Part shown: positions 9,832 to 20,198 of the stretch, in pieces | Layout of the letters: each line of letters begins with the position of its first letter | Position numbering within the stretch: the first letter of the stretch is position 1 | Origin: Candidatus Heimdallarchaeota archaeon | Lineage (GTDB): Archaea; Asgardarchaeota; Heimdallarchaeia; Heimdallarchaeales; Heimdallarchaeaceae | Assembly: GCA_019057815.1 (NCBI GenBank) | Contig: JAHLWR010000026.1 | Coordinates: forward strand, 1-48,290 | DNA: 48,290 nt | Reading direction: 5' to 3' | The notes under the pieces: generated by a model | The model's input: the letters and a program-made list of their open reading frames with translations, nothing else | Told to the model about the DNA's origin: nothing | Databases searched by the model: none | Translations under genes and position numbers: made by a program

Positions 9832-10230
9832 CTAATCTATCTTCTTTTTTTCTTTACTAATTATTCTTTTTGCAAAATCTATCATTATTTTCTCTTCAGT
9901 GGCATATTCTTCATAATACTCCTTCGCTCTTTCAATCCATTCCCCTATCTCTTCCTTCGGTTGAGTATCCATGGATAATAAAACAAACAGTATTTGATGT
10001 GGTATATTCCTGAAATACTTCTGGAGATTATTTCCATATTTCCATGCCATGTTGAATTCTTCTACTGCTTGTGTCTTTTTATCTTTTATTGAATACAGAT
10101 TAGCTAGATAGAAATGTCCTGAAGCATTCTTTGGAAATAGCTTTATCGATTCTTTGAATGTAGCTATTGCTGAATTTATTTCACCCTTTTTTATATCTAC
10201 TAATCCTTTCTCAATCAACTTTGTATGCAT
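9832..10230 (-). CDS. small TPR protein
   Basis: 'AIATFKESIKLFPKNASGHFYLANLY' TPR consensus. Confidence 0.7.
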   Translation of the reverse strand: MHTKLIEKGLVDIKKGEINSAIATFKESIKLFPKNASGHFYLANLYSIKDKKTQAVEEFNMAWKYGNNLQKYFRNIPHQILFVLLSMDTQPKEEIGEWIERAKEYYEEYATEEKIMIDFAKRIISKEKKKID

Positions 10231-10733
10231 ATCATCTCATGCATAAAGATTTTATTATAAAAATATAATATTGCTTCTTTCTTCTTCAACTACACTTCTC
10301 TTTTTTCATTTCTTCCTTCCCTTGTCTCTTCTTCCAATTGTTCCTTCTGTTCTTCTAAGAACCTTGCTAATATTTTTTCTAGTCTTTCACTGTTTATTAC
10401 CTTGTATTTTGCTATCTCTGTACTCTTCTCTTCTTTTCCCGCATATAGTTTCAGTATCATTCCCCAAGTCATTTCTCTTCTATCTTTTTATCTCTCATTT
10501 CCTTTTTATACTAGGCTATTTTCCCTATATTTAGTTTGTATTTTTTCTCTAATAAAGAAAATAATAGTTAAAATAGTATCAGTTCAATCCCATTCTTCTT
10601 CTATTTTTTCATCAAAACTAGTCTATTATTGATTACTAAACTACTGTTTTCCACTCTATTTTCTTTTGCTACTCTCTCTTTCTCTCCCTCCTTTTTGTTA
10701 CATATTTCCTTATATCCACATCTTTTACAATGC

Positions 10734-11078
10734 TTACCCTCTGGCTATTATCTTACCTTCCTTAATGGTTGGTTCAAAAGGAGGTGATTCCCATAATTCA
10801 ATAGGATCTTCTGGTTGAACATCGTAATGATCGTAGAATATCAGTGTCTTTTTTGCTTCAGGATTCATTAATTCTGAACAAAAAACGGGGTTTCCAGGCG
10901 TTTCAGCAACAAAATAATTAAAACCTATTTCTCTAAATATTCTACTTAAGAAATCTATAGCCTCTTTAGTGCCGGTTCCCTTTGCAGCAATAGAAGGGAT
11001 TTTAAGCAACTCTGATAGGATATCAATTGATTCATCTTTCTTTTGATCGATTGATTCAAAAACTTCATTAAGAGACAT
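10734..11078 (-). pseudogene. M20/M25/M40 family peptidase, 5' fragment only
   Basis: 'LLKIPSIAA', 'YDHYDVQP', 'WESPPFEP...IIARG', then stop. The expected metal-binding DxKG motif and the remaining ~3/4 of the protein are absent. Confidence 0.8.
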
Positions 11079-11170
11079 GTTTGGAAAGAAAAAAGTAGTT
11101 TAAAAAAACTTTCTGAACGAAATCAAAATTTGAATAGTAAAAATAAAGGGAAATTATCCTTTATTAGAAT

Positions 11171-11971
11171 TTATTTTTTTGAATCACATAGTATTTTCTC
11201 TACTAGCTTATATTGTTCTGGTTTATCGATATCCATTGCTATTTCAGCATAAGGACTAATTATAGCTCTACCTTTTATCCTCATTCCTCTTGAAAATACC
11301 GTCTCTGCTTCTTTTAAATTTATTCCTTTGAAAACCATCTTTAATGCTATGAGTGGAGATATGAATATAGTTTGTAATAAGAAACTCTTTCTTTTTACTT
11401 GTAGTTTGTGGACTTTTTCTTTAACTTTATCAAAGTCAATAGGTTTATACAAGTAAATATCTCCTCCACAAAATGTTATATCAATTAATTTTGTGTATGT
11501 TCTCATTGAATTTGGAAATTTTGCTTCCATTAAATCTTTCTCAACCAATGGACATACAATATCTGCTTCTTTTTTTAGTGCTTCTTCGATGAAATAATCT
11601 ATAGCTTCTGAAGTGATTAAAGGAATATCTGCATTGGCATTAACAATATATTTTGGAAGTTCTCCCTTATTCTCTTCATACCAGTCAATCCAAGCTTGGA
11701 CTTTATCAACAATTTTTGATTCAGCTGGATAGGGGATACATGTTACTCTTACATCAGGAAACTGTTCTGGTGATAATCCAACTATATATATATCTCTAAT
11801 TCTTTCACATTGTTCAACAGCGTCAATTATCCATTTTATAATTGGCTTTCCGCAAATAGGAAGTAAAGCTTTCAAATTGTGTTGAAAATTTTCAACAAGT
11901 TTGAATAATTCTGAATCGAGAGGTGACCTTCCAACAGTGATTAGCATATCTAATTTTGCTTGGCTCATCAA
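11171..11971 (-). CDS. nucleotidyltransferase (MobA/NTP_transf-like) family protein
   Basis: 'KALLPICGKPII.W', 'ADIPLI', 'MDIDKPE' motifs. Confidence 0.75.
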   Translation of the reverse strand: MMSQAKLDMLITVGRSPLDSELFKLVENFQHNLKALLPICGKPIIKWIIDAVEQCERIRDIYIVGLSPEQFPDVRVTCIPYPAESKIVDKVQAWIDWYEENKGELPKYIVNANADIPLITSEAIDYFIEEALKKEADIVCPLVEKDLMEAKFPNSMRTYTKLIDITFCGGDIYLYKPIDFDKVKEKVHKLQVKRKSFLLQTIFISPLIALKMVFKGINLKEAETVFSRGMRIKGRAIISPYAEIAMDIDKPEQYKLVEKILCDSKK

Positions 11972-12069
11972 CGAAACCCAAAAATCAGCACTATATAAAC
12001 TATTCTTTTAAAACTCTTCTAAATAAAGGATTATGAAAGTTTTATAAATCGTTTACTGTACATTTCTTA

Positions 12070-13263
12070 ATGACTGAAGGAAAGAAGACAAGATACAAAT
12101 TTGACACTCTCTGTGTTCATGCAGGACATGACGTCTTAGAATCCAAAACAATTTCTCCACCTATTTACCAAAGTGTTGCATACCCCTTTGAAAGCGCAGA
12201 TTATGCGGCTAAATTATTTAGGTACGAGATTGAGGGGCATATGTATGGTCGTATGGACAACCCTACTAACAAAATGTTTGAAGAAAGACTTGCTGCTGTA
12301 GAACTTACAGATAAAGCTTTGGTAACATCTTCTGGAATGGCAGCTGAATTTGTAGCCTGTTTACGATTATTGGAAACAGGAGACAATTTTGTTTCTTCTA
12401 GCAAAATTTATGGAGGTTCAAATCGACTCTTCCTTCAAACTTTTCCTAAGATGGGATTTGAATCGATATTTGTTTATCAACCAGAAAATATAGATACTTG
12501 GGCTGAATCTATCAACAAGAAAACTAGATTCTTGTATGTAGAAACACCATCAAACCCCAATTTGTTTATCGGTGATATTTCTTCTTTAGCTAAATTAGCT
12601 CATGAAAACGAGATACCTTTGATTGTGGATAACACTATTGCTTCACCTGCACTTCAACAACCAAAAGCTCTGGGCGCTGATATCGTGGTTCATTCTGCAA
12701 CTAAATATCTAAGTGGTAATGCGACATGTATTTCTGGTGTTGTTGCAGGATCAGCTGATTACATTGATAATATACGAGAAATCGAATATAGGAATATAGG
12801 TCCTTCGCTGAGCCCTTTTAACAGTTGGTTGCTATTGTTGGGGATGGAAACACTAAGTCTTAGAATGGCAAAGCATTGCGAAAATGCACAAATAATTGCA
12901 GAATTTCTTGAAGAGCATTCTAAAGTGATATCTGTAAATTACCCTGGTTTAGCAAGTCACCCTCAACATGAATTAGCAAAAAAACAAATGAATGGTTTTA
13001 GTGCTTTACTCTCCTTTGTGACTAAAGGAGAATTAATAGACACTAAGAACGTAATTGATGCTTTTGACTTAATAATTCATACTGGGCATTTAGGAACAAC
13101 AAAAACTTTAGCTACACACCCCGCTTTTACAACTCATCAACAGCTTTCACGCGAAGAAAGACTTGCTATAGATATCCCTGACACCATGATTCGACTTTCT
13201 GTGGGGATTGAAGATGTTAACGATATAATTGAAGATTTAGATAGTGCACTTCTGAAAATATAA
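12070..13263 (+). CDS. PLP-dependent trans-sulfuration enzyme (O-acylhomoserine sulfhydrylase / methionine gamma-lyase family)
   Basis: 'YGRMDNPT', 'SSGMAA', 'ETPSNP', 'DNT', PLP-lysine 'HSATKY', 'IRLSVGIE'. Confidence 0.9.
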   Translation: MTEGKKTRYKFDTLCVHAGHDVLESKTISPPIYQSVAYPFESADYAAKLFRYEIEGHMYGRMDNPTNKMFEERLAAVELTDKALVTSSGMAAEFVACLRLLETGDNFVSSSKIYGGSNRLFLQTFPKMGFESIFVYQPENIDTWAESINKKTRFLYVETPSNPNLFIGDISSLAKLAHENEIPLIVDNTIASPALQQPKALGADIVVHSATKYLSGNATCISGVVAGSADYIDNIREIEYRNIGPSLSPFNSWLLLLGMETLSLRMAKHCENAQIIAEFLEEHSKVISVNYPGLASHPQHELAKKQMNGFSALLSFVTKGELIDTKNVIDAFDLIIHTGHLGTTKTLATHPAFTTHQQLSREERLAIDIPDTMIRLSVGIEDVNDIIEDLDSALLKI

Positions 13264-13313
13264 AGTCCGATAAAGATTAGAAGCTTAATAATCGAAAATA
13301 AAGAAAACGAGGT

Positions 13314-13898
13314 TTAGAAATCGAACGCATTGATTTCATCCAAAGTAATGTAAGTATTGTCAACTGCTTTTAATACTTGTTCTTCTGTTTTTGCACCTGT
13401 ACAAACAAGGTTTCCTGATTGGAACAGAAGTAAAACAGTTTTTGGTTCAACAAGTCTGTAAATCAATCCTGGGAATTGCTCTGGTTCATACATTGATCTA
13501 TCCAGCCAGAGTGCGGCTAACTCAAGGTTAATTGTTCTGTGGTTAAAGTTACCAGAAGCAACGATATTTTGAACTATTATTTCAGGTTTTTCTGTTATTT
13601 TCGTTCCCACACCTTGAAGGATTTCGATCATCACTAGAACACCTTCATGTACCATTTCGGTTGATTTTGCCCCTGTTAGTACAAGTTTACCTGAACTAAA
13701 AACAAGACTTGATATCTTGGGTTTTTTAATTTTTAGAATTAAACCTGGAAATGTCTCAGGGTTGTATGAAACAAAAAGTTCATCATCATCAATCAATGTT
13801 TGGTATGCTGTTACTAAGTCGATTGTTGTATACAAGTTTATACTAGCAACCACATTTTGGATAACTATACCATATTCTCTGTCTTTTTTAGGTGACAT
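13314..13898 (-). CDS. tbp: TATA-box-binding protein
   Basis: Two repeats 'IQNVVAS...YNPETFPGLI...LVFSSGKLVLTGAK' and 'VQNIVAS...YEPEQFPGLI...LLFQSGNLVCTGAK'. Confidence 0.97.
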   Translation of the reverse strand: MSPKKDREYGIVIQNVVASINLYTTIDLVTAYQTLIDDDELFVSYNPETFPGLILKIKKPKISSLVFSSGKLVLTGAKSTEMVHEGVLVMIEILQGVGTKITEKPEIIVQNIVASGNFNHRTINLELAALWLDRSMYEPEQFPGLIYRLVEPKTVLLLFQSGNLVCTGAKTEEQVLKAVDNTYITLDEINAFDF

Positions 13899-14065
13899 AT
13901 TATTATCATCCCTTATAATCAGTTTGTCTTTGGCAATTATTTATAAATCTTTTTATATACAGTTTAAATAGAGTTTAAAAAGGAAACCTTCTTGATATTA
14001 AATCTAGTATCTTTAAGCATATTAGAGATACTTAGTTTTCTGTCGTTTATTGAAACTAACTCTCA

Positions 14066-14857
14066 CTATTTTCTGCAATCACAAATAGGTTCCTCAAAAC
14101 TATGAGTAATTGTGCTTTTTAACACTCTTTGTATGACATTGATGTTTTCTCTAAATACCTCAACTACTTCTTCATGAGAAACTGTTTCTTGCATTCCAGC
14201 CCCATAATTTGTGACAAGGCATAAAGTTGCATAGCATATTTTTGCTTCTCTTGCTAACGTTGCTTCTGGTACTGTTGTCATACCAACTAAAGTTCCACCT
14301 ATTTTTTGATACATCACAATTTCAGCTGAACTTTCAAACCTAGGTCCCTCCGTGCATACATACACTCCACCGTCATATACTTTCTTCTTTTCAGATCTTA
14401 ATAGAGAAACAAAAGCATTTCTTATTCTTGGACAGTATGGGGATGTATAATCTAAATGAACTACACCATTTCTAATAGTTCCATCTCCAAATTCAAGAGT
14501 TGTGTCACCGTCGAAAAAAGTTGAAGATCTATTTTTTGTCATATCAATAAATTGATCTGGAATAACAAAATGCCCAGGTTTAATTTTTGGGGAGATAGAA
14601 CCTACTGCATTAGTTGAAAAAATACTCTCTACACCTAATTTGAAAAAAGCGTAAATATTGGCTCTATAATTAACTTTGTGTGGTGGTACAGAGTGATCTG
14701 ATCCATGTCTTGATAAGAAATAAATCTCTATCTCCTCTAATCTTACCATATTAATGCCTTTAACGTCTCCGTATGGTGTATCAACATCTATGGCGCTCAT
14801 ATCATCAAAAAGGTCATAAACACCTGAACCACCAATGACAGCTATTTTCTCTACCAT
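14066..14857 (-). CDS. mtnP: S-methyl-5'-thioadenosine/thioinosine phosphorylase
   Basis: 'IGGSG', 'TPYG', 'RHG..H..PPH.VNYRANI', 'EGPRFES.AE', 'GMT.VPE', 'VTNY'. Confidence 0.9.
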   Translation of the reverse strand: MVEKIAVIGGSGVYDLFDDMSAIDVDTPYGDVKGINMVRLEEIEIYFLSRHGSDHSVPPHKVNYRANIYAFFKLGVESIFSTNAVGSISPKIKPGHFVIPDQFIDMTKNRSSTFFDGDTTLEFGDGTIRNGVVHLDYTSPYCPRIRNAFVSLLRSEKKKVYDGGVYVCTEGPRFESSAEIVMYQKIGGTLVGMTTVPEATLAREAKICYATLCLVTNYGAGMQETVSHEEVVEVFRENINVIQRVLKSTITHSFEEPICDCRK

Positions 14858-14999
14858 AACTTAAGAAAGGTTTTCATTTAAAATAAGTTTTCGGAGAAAC
14901 TTTAGTTTCTTTTTATCATTAATGAGTTCTTGAAGTTTTTTCAGATTAACTTCATGATAGAATAGCTGTTTTTGTTAGATTTTGGTTTTACCTATCTTA

Positions 15000-16733
15000 C
15001 TAACTTTTAGGTGTTTTGATTTCGATGTCGTCAAATGATTTCCAATGAATTTTGCATCCAAGGAATTGGCATATGGTTACCAAACTCTCTTTATATTTAG
15101 GGAATTTATTCTTTAAGTCATTGAGTGGAATTCTAGTACATGACTTTAGAAAATCGTTTACTTCATCAATTATTTTCTTGGTTACAAGCCCATAGCTTTT
15201 CAAAAAGATAATAGAGTTTTTTTGTAAAATCTGCTGGATTTCTGAAGATTGTAAGACTTTAATTGTTTCATCAACTGTATATGTTTCTAGTTTTTCGTTC
15301 AACTGGGTTAATGTAACGGTGTGTACTTCTTCTTCCAAAAGGCTGATTAAATCCTCTACTTTTTCAACGAACATTGGAAATCTTGCCTCATAATCTGAAT
15401 AAGTTTTTTCAAGAAGCTTTGCAAGTTCTTTTGAAGGTATATTATTTGAGCTGTAATAAATGATTTTAATATCTCTTAACTCTAGAAAATTCTGCTTCAA
15501 TTCGTTATCCACAAGGTAGATTATTGGTATATTAGCTCTATCCAATTCTTGCATTTTGTTCTTCTTTTTTACAATATACTTGTTTGTGTAGAACCCTACT
15601 ATTTCTAAGTAAACCTTGATTTTACCCCTTATTAGTAAGAAATCGGGAATGTACATCTTCTTACCAAGTAGGATTGCATCAGGTTCAGGTATTGCTTTCC
15701 AACCCTTGTAATTCTTCCAAGTTTTCAAAAACTGATCTTCTATTTTTGAATCAACTTCTGGTTTAACTTCTATCTCTTCTTCATCAATTATTGGTTTTTT
15801 TAATGGTAAAGGTGGCAAGGATTCCGAGTTTAGCGTGAAAACAGCTTTCCTTTTTCTAGGCTGCACAACAGCTTTTATTTGGAAAGGTATTTTTTCATTA
15901 ATGACTTTCCTTATTATGTACATGACCACTTCTGCTATATTTTTACCCCATCTACTCTTTTCTCTAAAGAGCTCCAAAGGGGATTCAATCAGTAAAGTGT
16001 ATCCATCCTCTGTTTTCGATATATCTGTGAAAATGTAATTCTTTTTTGAGAGATAAACCACGTTCTTAGCGAGCGCTCCAGGTAACTTTTTTAATTTAAT
16101 TTGAATGTTCTGGGAAAAAGAAAGAATTGTCTCTATTGTATCATAATTAAAGTATTCAATGAGTTGCATTGGGGAAACGTCTTTGTTTTTAGTTAGAATC
16201 CGCGCTGAATCTATGTCTGAATATAGAATAGAGTCTAAACTATTATCGGGTAAACCTAGTTCATTTTCTATTCCTCTCATTATTTCATCACGCAATACAA
16301 ATGGAACGAAACCATGAGCTATGTTATTCACCGTATCAAAAATAAGTGCTCTAATTTCATCATGAGTTAGAAATTTAAAACTATCATTATCAACTTTTAA
16401 AGAAGCTAAATAAGATGCTATATCATCTCTTTTCACAAATTTAATCGTAGTCTTAGGTTTTTTGTCTATCATCTCTTTGATACTTCGCGAAGAAAAAGAG
16501 TAAAAACGTAAGATACTTGTTTGTAGAGATTTAAGAGTTTTTTCTGATTCAAAAAGATTGTTTAATTGTGAGAAATTCACATCGGTTTTTCTGCTTTCCA
16601 GATTCTTTTCCATAAATTCTATGAAGACCTTAACCTGATTCTCATGCTTAGGATTTAAGTAAAAGGGTTGTATAACTGTTTTTGATCCCTTACCAGTGAT
16701 ATTAATCTCAAAAATAGATAATGAAAATCTCAT
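15000..16733 (-). CDS. DUF790 / Bax1-like endonuclease
   Basis: 'DSKIEDQF', 'EP', 'IPDF', 'LEIVGFYT..YI.KK' motifs. Overlaps the upstream XPB helicase. Confidence 0.8.
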   Translation of the reverse strand: MRFSLSIFEINITGKGSKTVIQPFYLNPKHENQVKVFIEFMEKNLESRKTDVNFSQLNNLFESEKTLKSLQTSILRFYSFSSRSIKEMIDKKPKTTIKFVKRDDIASYLASLKVDNDSFKFLTHDEIRALIFDTVNNIAHGFVPFVLRDEIMRGIENELGLPDNSLDSILYSDIDSARILTKNKDVSPMQLIEYFNYDTIETILSFSQNIQIKLKKLPGALAKNVVYLSKKNYIFTDISKTEDGYTLLIESPLELFREKSRWGKNIAEVVMYIIRKVINEKIPFQIKAVVQPRKRKAVFTLNSESLPPLPLKKPIIDEEEIEVKPEVDSKIEDQFLKTWKNYKGWKAIPEPDAILLGKKMYIPDFLLIRGKIKVYLEIVGFYTNKYIVKKKNKMQELDRANIPIIYLVDNELKQNFLELRDIKIIYYSSNNIPSKELAKLLEKTYSDYEARFPMFVEKVEDLISLLEEEVHTVTLTQLNEKLETYTVDETIKVLQSSEIQQILQKNSIIFLKSYGLVTKKIIDEVNDFLKSCTRIPLNDLKNKFPKYKESLVTICQFLGCKIHWKSFDDIEIKTPKS

Positions 16734-18136
16734 TAAATCATCTCAGTCTTTTTTCTTCTGGTTGCTGTTTTCGATTCTAGCGTATCTGGAGTGACTAGTT
16801 CATATAGAACAGCTTTTCCTTCTTTTGGTCGTAATAACCTGCCTAAACGTTGAATAAATTGTCTAGCAACACTAGTTCCACTAATAATGATACCAACGTT
16901 TGCTTTCTGAACATCGAAACCTTCGTCAAGAACTTTTCCAGTGATAATTTTCGTATATTGCCCATTAGTAAACTTCTTCAATATCTTCTTTCTCTCACTC
17001 GTTTTTGTTTCATGAGTGATAGCTGGTATAAGATTCCTTCTACTTACTGTATAAACCATTTCATTAAATTCTGAAAATAGAATAACATGATCTTGACTGT
17101 GCTTTTCAAGTAACTTTTCAACCTTATTTAGTTTAGCTCTAGATGAAAAAACTAAATTCCTTGCCTTTCTGTGGGCATCAACAGCTTCTTTTGCTTGTGG
17201 ATCAACATTGACTCGAAATATCAGAAATCTTTCATAATCCCTTGGACTACGTATTTGTATATTTCTTTGGCGTAAATACGTCTTATAAATACTCATAAGT
17301 TCGTTATACTTTTTCCTTTCTTCATCTGTCAGCTGGACTTTTATTGTCTTTAACTCAAAATCTGCAACATAACCCTGTTTAGACAATTCTGAAGCTCTAG
17401 TAACAGCTATTTTTGATCCTATAAGATGGAAAAGTATACTCTCTCTTTCATCTGTTCTTTCTGGAGTTGCAGTTAAACCTAGCCTATGCTTTGCAGGAAA
17501 CCCTTCTAATACTTTGGTTGTTTCTTCGGCTACGCTGTGATGACACTCATCTAGAACTAGAAGACTAAACTCTTTACGTAAAAGGTTGATGTTTAACCTT
17601 GCGCTGTCATAGGTTGTTACAGTGATCTCCTTTATTTCCTTAACTTTATCGCCTAGTTGACCAATCATATCTTTTGTAAGGGAGGTATACTTTGTTAAAC
17701 TATCAATCCATTGGTAAAGGAGGTTTTTAGTAGGAACTATTATCAAAGTTTTTTGTTGTAATCCTTCAATAATTTTAAGACCGATAACAGTTTTCCCTGC
17801 AGCTGTCGGTAAAACTATAACTCCCCTCCCATTATTTTTAAAGAAAAGGTCATACGATTCTTGTTGATACTCTCTTAGTTTTATCGATGATCTAATGTTA
17901 GTGCGATATAAATTTGACAAAATTGGACTCTTAAGGATATCTGTTTGAATCTCAAATCCTTCATTTTTGAAGTGCTCACATATCTGCGAAAAAAGATGTG
18001 GTGGTGCTCTGTATTCGTATCGTTTTTTGGGATTATGTTTCAAATTTTTAATTAAGAAGGAATCTGTAAACTCGTCCTCAGTTTCTACTAAAAGGTCGAA
18101 AACCAATGAGAATTTTAGATTAACAGATTTAGACAT
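16733..18136 (-). CDS. xpb: XPB/Rad25-like SF2 DNA helicase
   Basis: 'LREYQ', 'LPTAAGKT', 'DECHH', 'GLTATPER.D', 'VLDEGFDV', 'QRLGRLLR'. Confidence 0.88.
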   Translation of the reverse strand: MSKSVNLKFSLVFDLLVETEDEFTDSFLIKNLKHNPKKRYEYRAPPHLFSQICEHFKNEGFEIQTDILKSPILSNLYRTNIRSSIKLREYQQESYDLFFKNNGRGVIVLPTAAGKTVIGLKIIEGLQQKTLIIVPTKNLLYQWIDSLTKYTSLTKDMIGQLGDKVKEIKEITVTTYDSARLNINLLRKEFSLLVLDECHHSVAEETTKVLEGFPAKHRLGLTATPERTDERESILFHLIGSKIAVTRASELSKQGYVADFELKTIKVQLTDEERKKYNELMSIYKTYLRQRNIQIRSPRDYERFLIFRVNVDPQAKEAVDAHRKARNLVFSSRAKLNKVEKLLEKHSQDHVILFSEFNEMVYTVSRRNLIPAITHETKTSERKKILKKFTNGQYTKIITGKVLDEGFDVQKANVGIIISGTSVARQFIQRLGRLLRPKEGKAVLYELVTPDTLESKTATRRKKTEMI

Positions 18137-18234
18137 GATATTCCTTCGATTTTATAATTGGATTTGTGTATAAAAATGCTCTCAAAAAATTGAAAATCCA
18201 AAGAAAAGAAAAGAAGAAAAATGAAAAGAAGAAA

Positions 18235-19212
18235 TTATATTGATAATTTCCTTGGATTTAGATATAAATTACTTTCACTGTCATCAAGTTTAACTTTAGT
18301 ATCTGATTGTCTAAGCTCTTTAAGCGATTTTTTGATGTTTTTCTTGATGTCTTTATGGAAACGTAGAGTGGAACTGAAGAGTATCAGAATTGTGAAAAAT
18401 GTTCTGTCTTTAGCTAAATCAGGATCAAAGATGTGTATATCAAATTTACCTCCTAAATTAGCAAATTTTCCGTCTATCTTCGCTATAACATTGTCTTGCA
18501 CGTTTTTAATGTACCAGTCAGAACCAAATGTGAGTCTTTTATCGTCAATTGTGAATGATTGAAAAATATCATTTTCATCAAGATAGCTAAAACAAAAAAC
18601 TTCTCCTTGAAAACGTGGAAAATGAGCTAAACGTTTTATTCTAAATAAGTTTCTTGTGTGTTTGAAATTACAGATATATGCTGGACAGGGCTCTTTTGCT
18701 GCTTGAGAGTTTGCAAAACTTTCTCCCTGTAACCTCTCCAAACTTGCTCGATGGTATCCACCTGGAGAGAAGAGTTTCATCACAAATCTTCTAGCTAAAT
18801 GGTCTTCAGCTTTCCACAATTTTTCTCTAAGTCCTAGAGATCCGTACTCCTCACCATCTCTTTTTACTGTTCCAATCAGATCCATATCACGAGTCCATTG
18901 TCTATCCTTTTGAGTTCGTTGTGCGTCTAATCTTATTCCCCATTCTTTTCTGTGCATTTTTGTTCGCCAAAGATCAACTTCAATCTTTGAATAAACCACA
19001 CTTTTTTTCTTCTCTTTCTTCTCTTTCTTCTTCTCTTCCTTCTTCTTGTCTTCTGTCTTATCTTTGACTTTATCTGCGGTCATTTTTCCTTCACTTCTTA
19101 TTGTTTTCATCTCTTCTTTAGGTTCTTCTATCTTCTCTTGAACAACGTCTTTCTTTATTTGTTCTTGTAATTCTTCATTCGTTTCTATCTGTTCGACTTG
19201 TTCATTAGACAT
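18235..19212 (-). CDS. hypothetical protein; charged N-terminus, tubby-C/LURP-one/scramblase-like C-terminal region
   Basis: 'FTIDDKRLTFGSDWYIKNVQDNVIAKIDGKF...KFDIHI' beta-strand pattern followed by a hydrophobic C-terminal helix. Confidence 0.5.
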   Translation of the reverse strand: MSNEQVEQIETNEELQEQIKKDVVQEKIEEPKEEMKTIRSEGKMTADKVKDKTEDKKKEEKKKEKKEKKKSVVYSKIEVDLWRTKMHRKEWGIRLDAQRTQKDRQWTRDMDLIGTVKRDGEEYGSLGLREKLWKAEDHLARRFVMKLFSPGGYHRASLERLQGESFANSQAAKEPCPAYICNFKHTRNLFRIKRLAHFPRFQGEVFCFSYLDENDIFQSFTIDDKRLTFGSDWYIKNVQDNVIAKIDGKFANLGGKFDIHIFDPDLAKDRTFFTILILFSSTLRFHKDIKKNIKKSLKELRQSDTKVKLDDSESNLYLNPRKLSI

Positions 19213-19271
19213 TCAAATCATCCTTATTCTTTTGGTAGATGTTTCAACACTTTAAATCTTGTGTAAGACTG

Positions 19272-20090
19272 TTAAAAATCGTTAGTATCTGTTATTTTCT
19301 TCTTTAAATCCTTATTTTCTTCTGAAGATAAGATTTTCTCCACTTCTTTGACCAATACAGGAAGAGTATCCACAACATCTCCGAGTATAATATAATGTAA
19401 TAATTTATCATAAGTTGTGGGTGTGAGGTTGAAGAGAGCTTTCTTAATTTTATTGGGAGAAGGGGCTAGTAGTATATCAGCTGCAGGGAAAATCCCTAAG
19501 CTGGTACCAACTCCTATAATTAGGTCACTTTTTCTAGCAAGTTTCATCGAAGTAGATAAAATTGTTGGGTCTAGAAGTTCTTCAAAAAGAACAATTTTAG
19601 GTTTTAATGGTTTTTTACACTTAGAACATATTGGATAAGGTTTAATTTTCGTATGTTTTTCTATATCAACTTTTTCCTCGAAGCCACAATGAATGCAATG
19701 TAAGATCTCTGATGTTCCATGAACCTCATAAACATTCTTTGAATCTGCAAGTTGATGTAGACCATCAATGTTCTGAGTGACAATGAAGACATTGTCTACT
19801 CCCTTGAGTTTTTGAATATCAGTTATTGCATAGTGAGCAGGATTGGGTTTTCTTTCAGTAAATAATGTATAGAGATCTCTTATGAATGTCCAAACTTTCT
19901 CAGGTCGTTCCTTAAAAGCTCGAAGAGTACCTACTTCAAACATGTCATATGTTTCCCAGATACCTCCTGGAGAGCGGAAATCAGGTATTCCGCTCGGAAC
20001 ACTTATTCCTGCACCTGAAAAGAAAGTGATTCTTTTTGCATCAGCGACTAACTTGGCAACTTTGTTTAAGTTTTCATGAGTCTTGTGCAT
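19272..20090 (-). CDS. cobB: Sir2 family NAD-dependent protein deacylase
   Basis: 'GAGIS..SGIPDFR', 'TQNIDGLH', 'HG', CxxC...CxxC, 'GTS'. Confidence 0.92.
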   Translation of the reverse strand: MHKTHENLNKVAKLVADAKRITFFSGAGISVPSGIPDFRSPGGIWETYDMFEVGTLRAFKERPEKVWTFIRDLYTLFTERKPNPAHYAITDIQKLKGVDNVFIVTQNIDGLHQLADSKNVYEVHGTSEILHCIHCGFEEKVDIEKHTKIKPYPICSKCKKPLKPKIVLFEELLDPTILSTSMKLARKSDLIIGVGTSLGIFPAADILLAPSPNKIKKALFNLTPTTYDKLLHYIILGDVVDTLPVLVKEVEKILSSEENKDLKKKITDTNDF

Positions 20091-20198
20091 AATAAAATCT
20101 CTCTTATGATATTATACAGCTTTTTTACTTTAAAAATCGTTTGAATTGTCTCGTGTTTAGACGTAAAAACTTTTTAGCATATATCAATCTTCACAACT

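Noticed and set aside
10271-10632. Short ORFs in a pyrimidine/purine-biased tract
   Set aside because: Low-complexity sequence with no motifs. The 60-aa minus ORF (10290-10472) is possible but unsupported.
10728-10740. GG/GTAAGC at the peptidase break as a spliceosomal 5' splice site
   Set aside because: Prokaryotic gene organisation and no downstream exon in the window, so a chance match.
19272-20090. Sir2 as a defence NADase (Thoeris/DSR)
   Set aside because: Canonical Zn-binding CobB-type deacylase in a housekeeping context.
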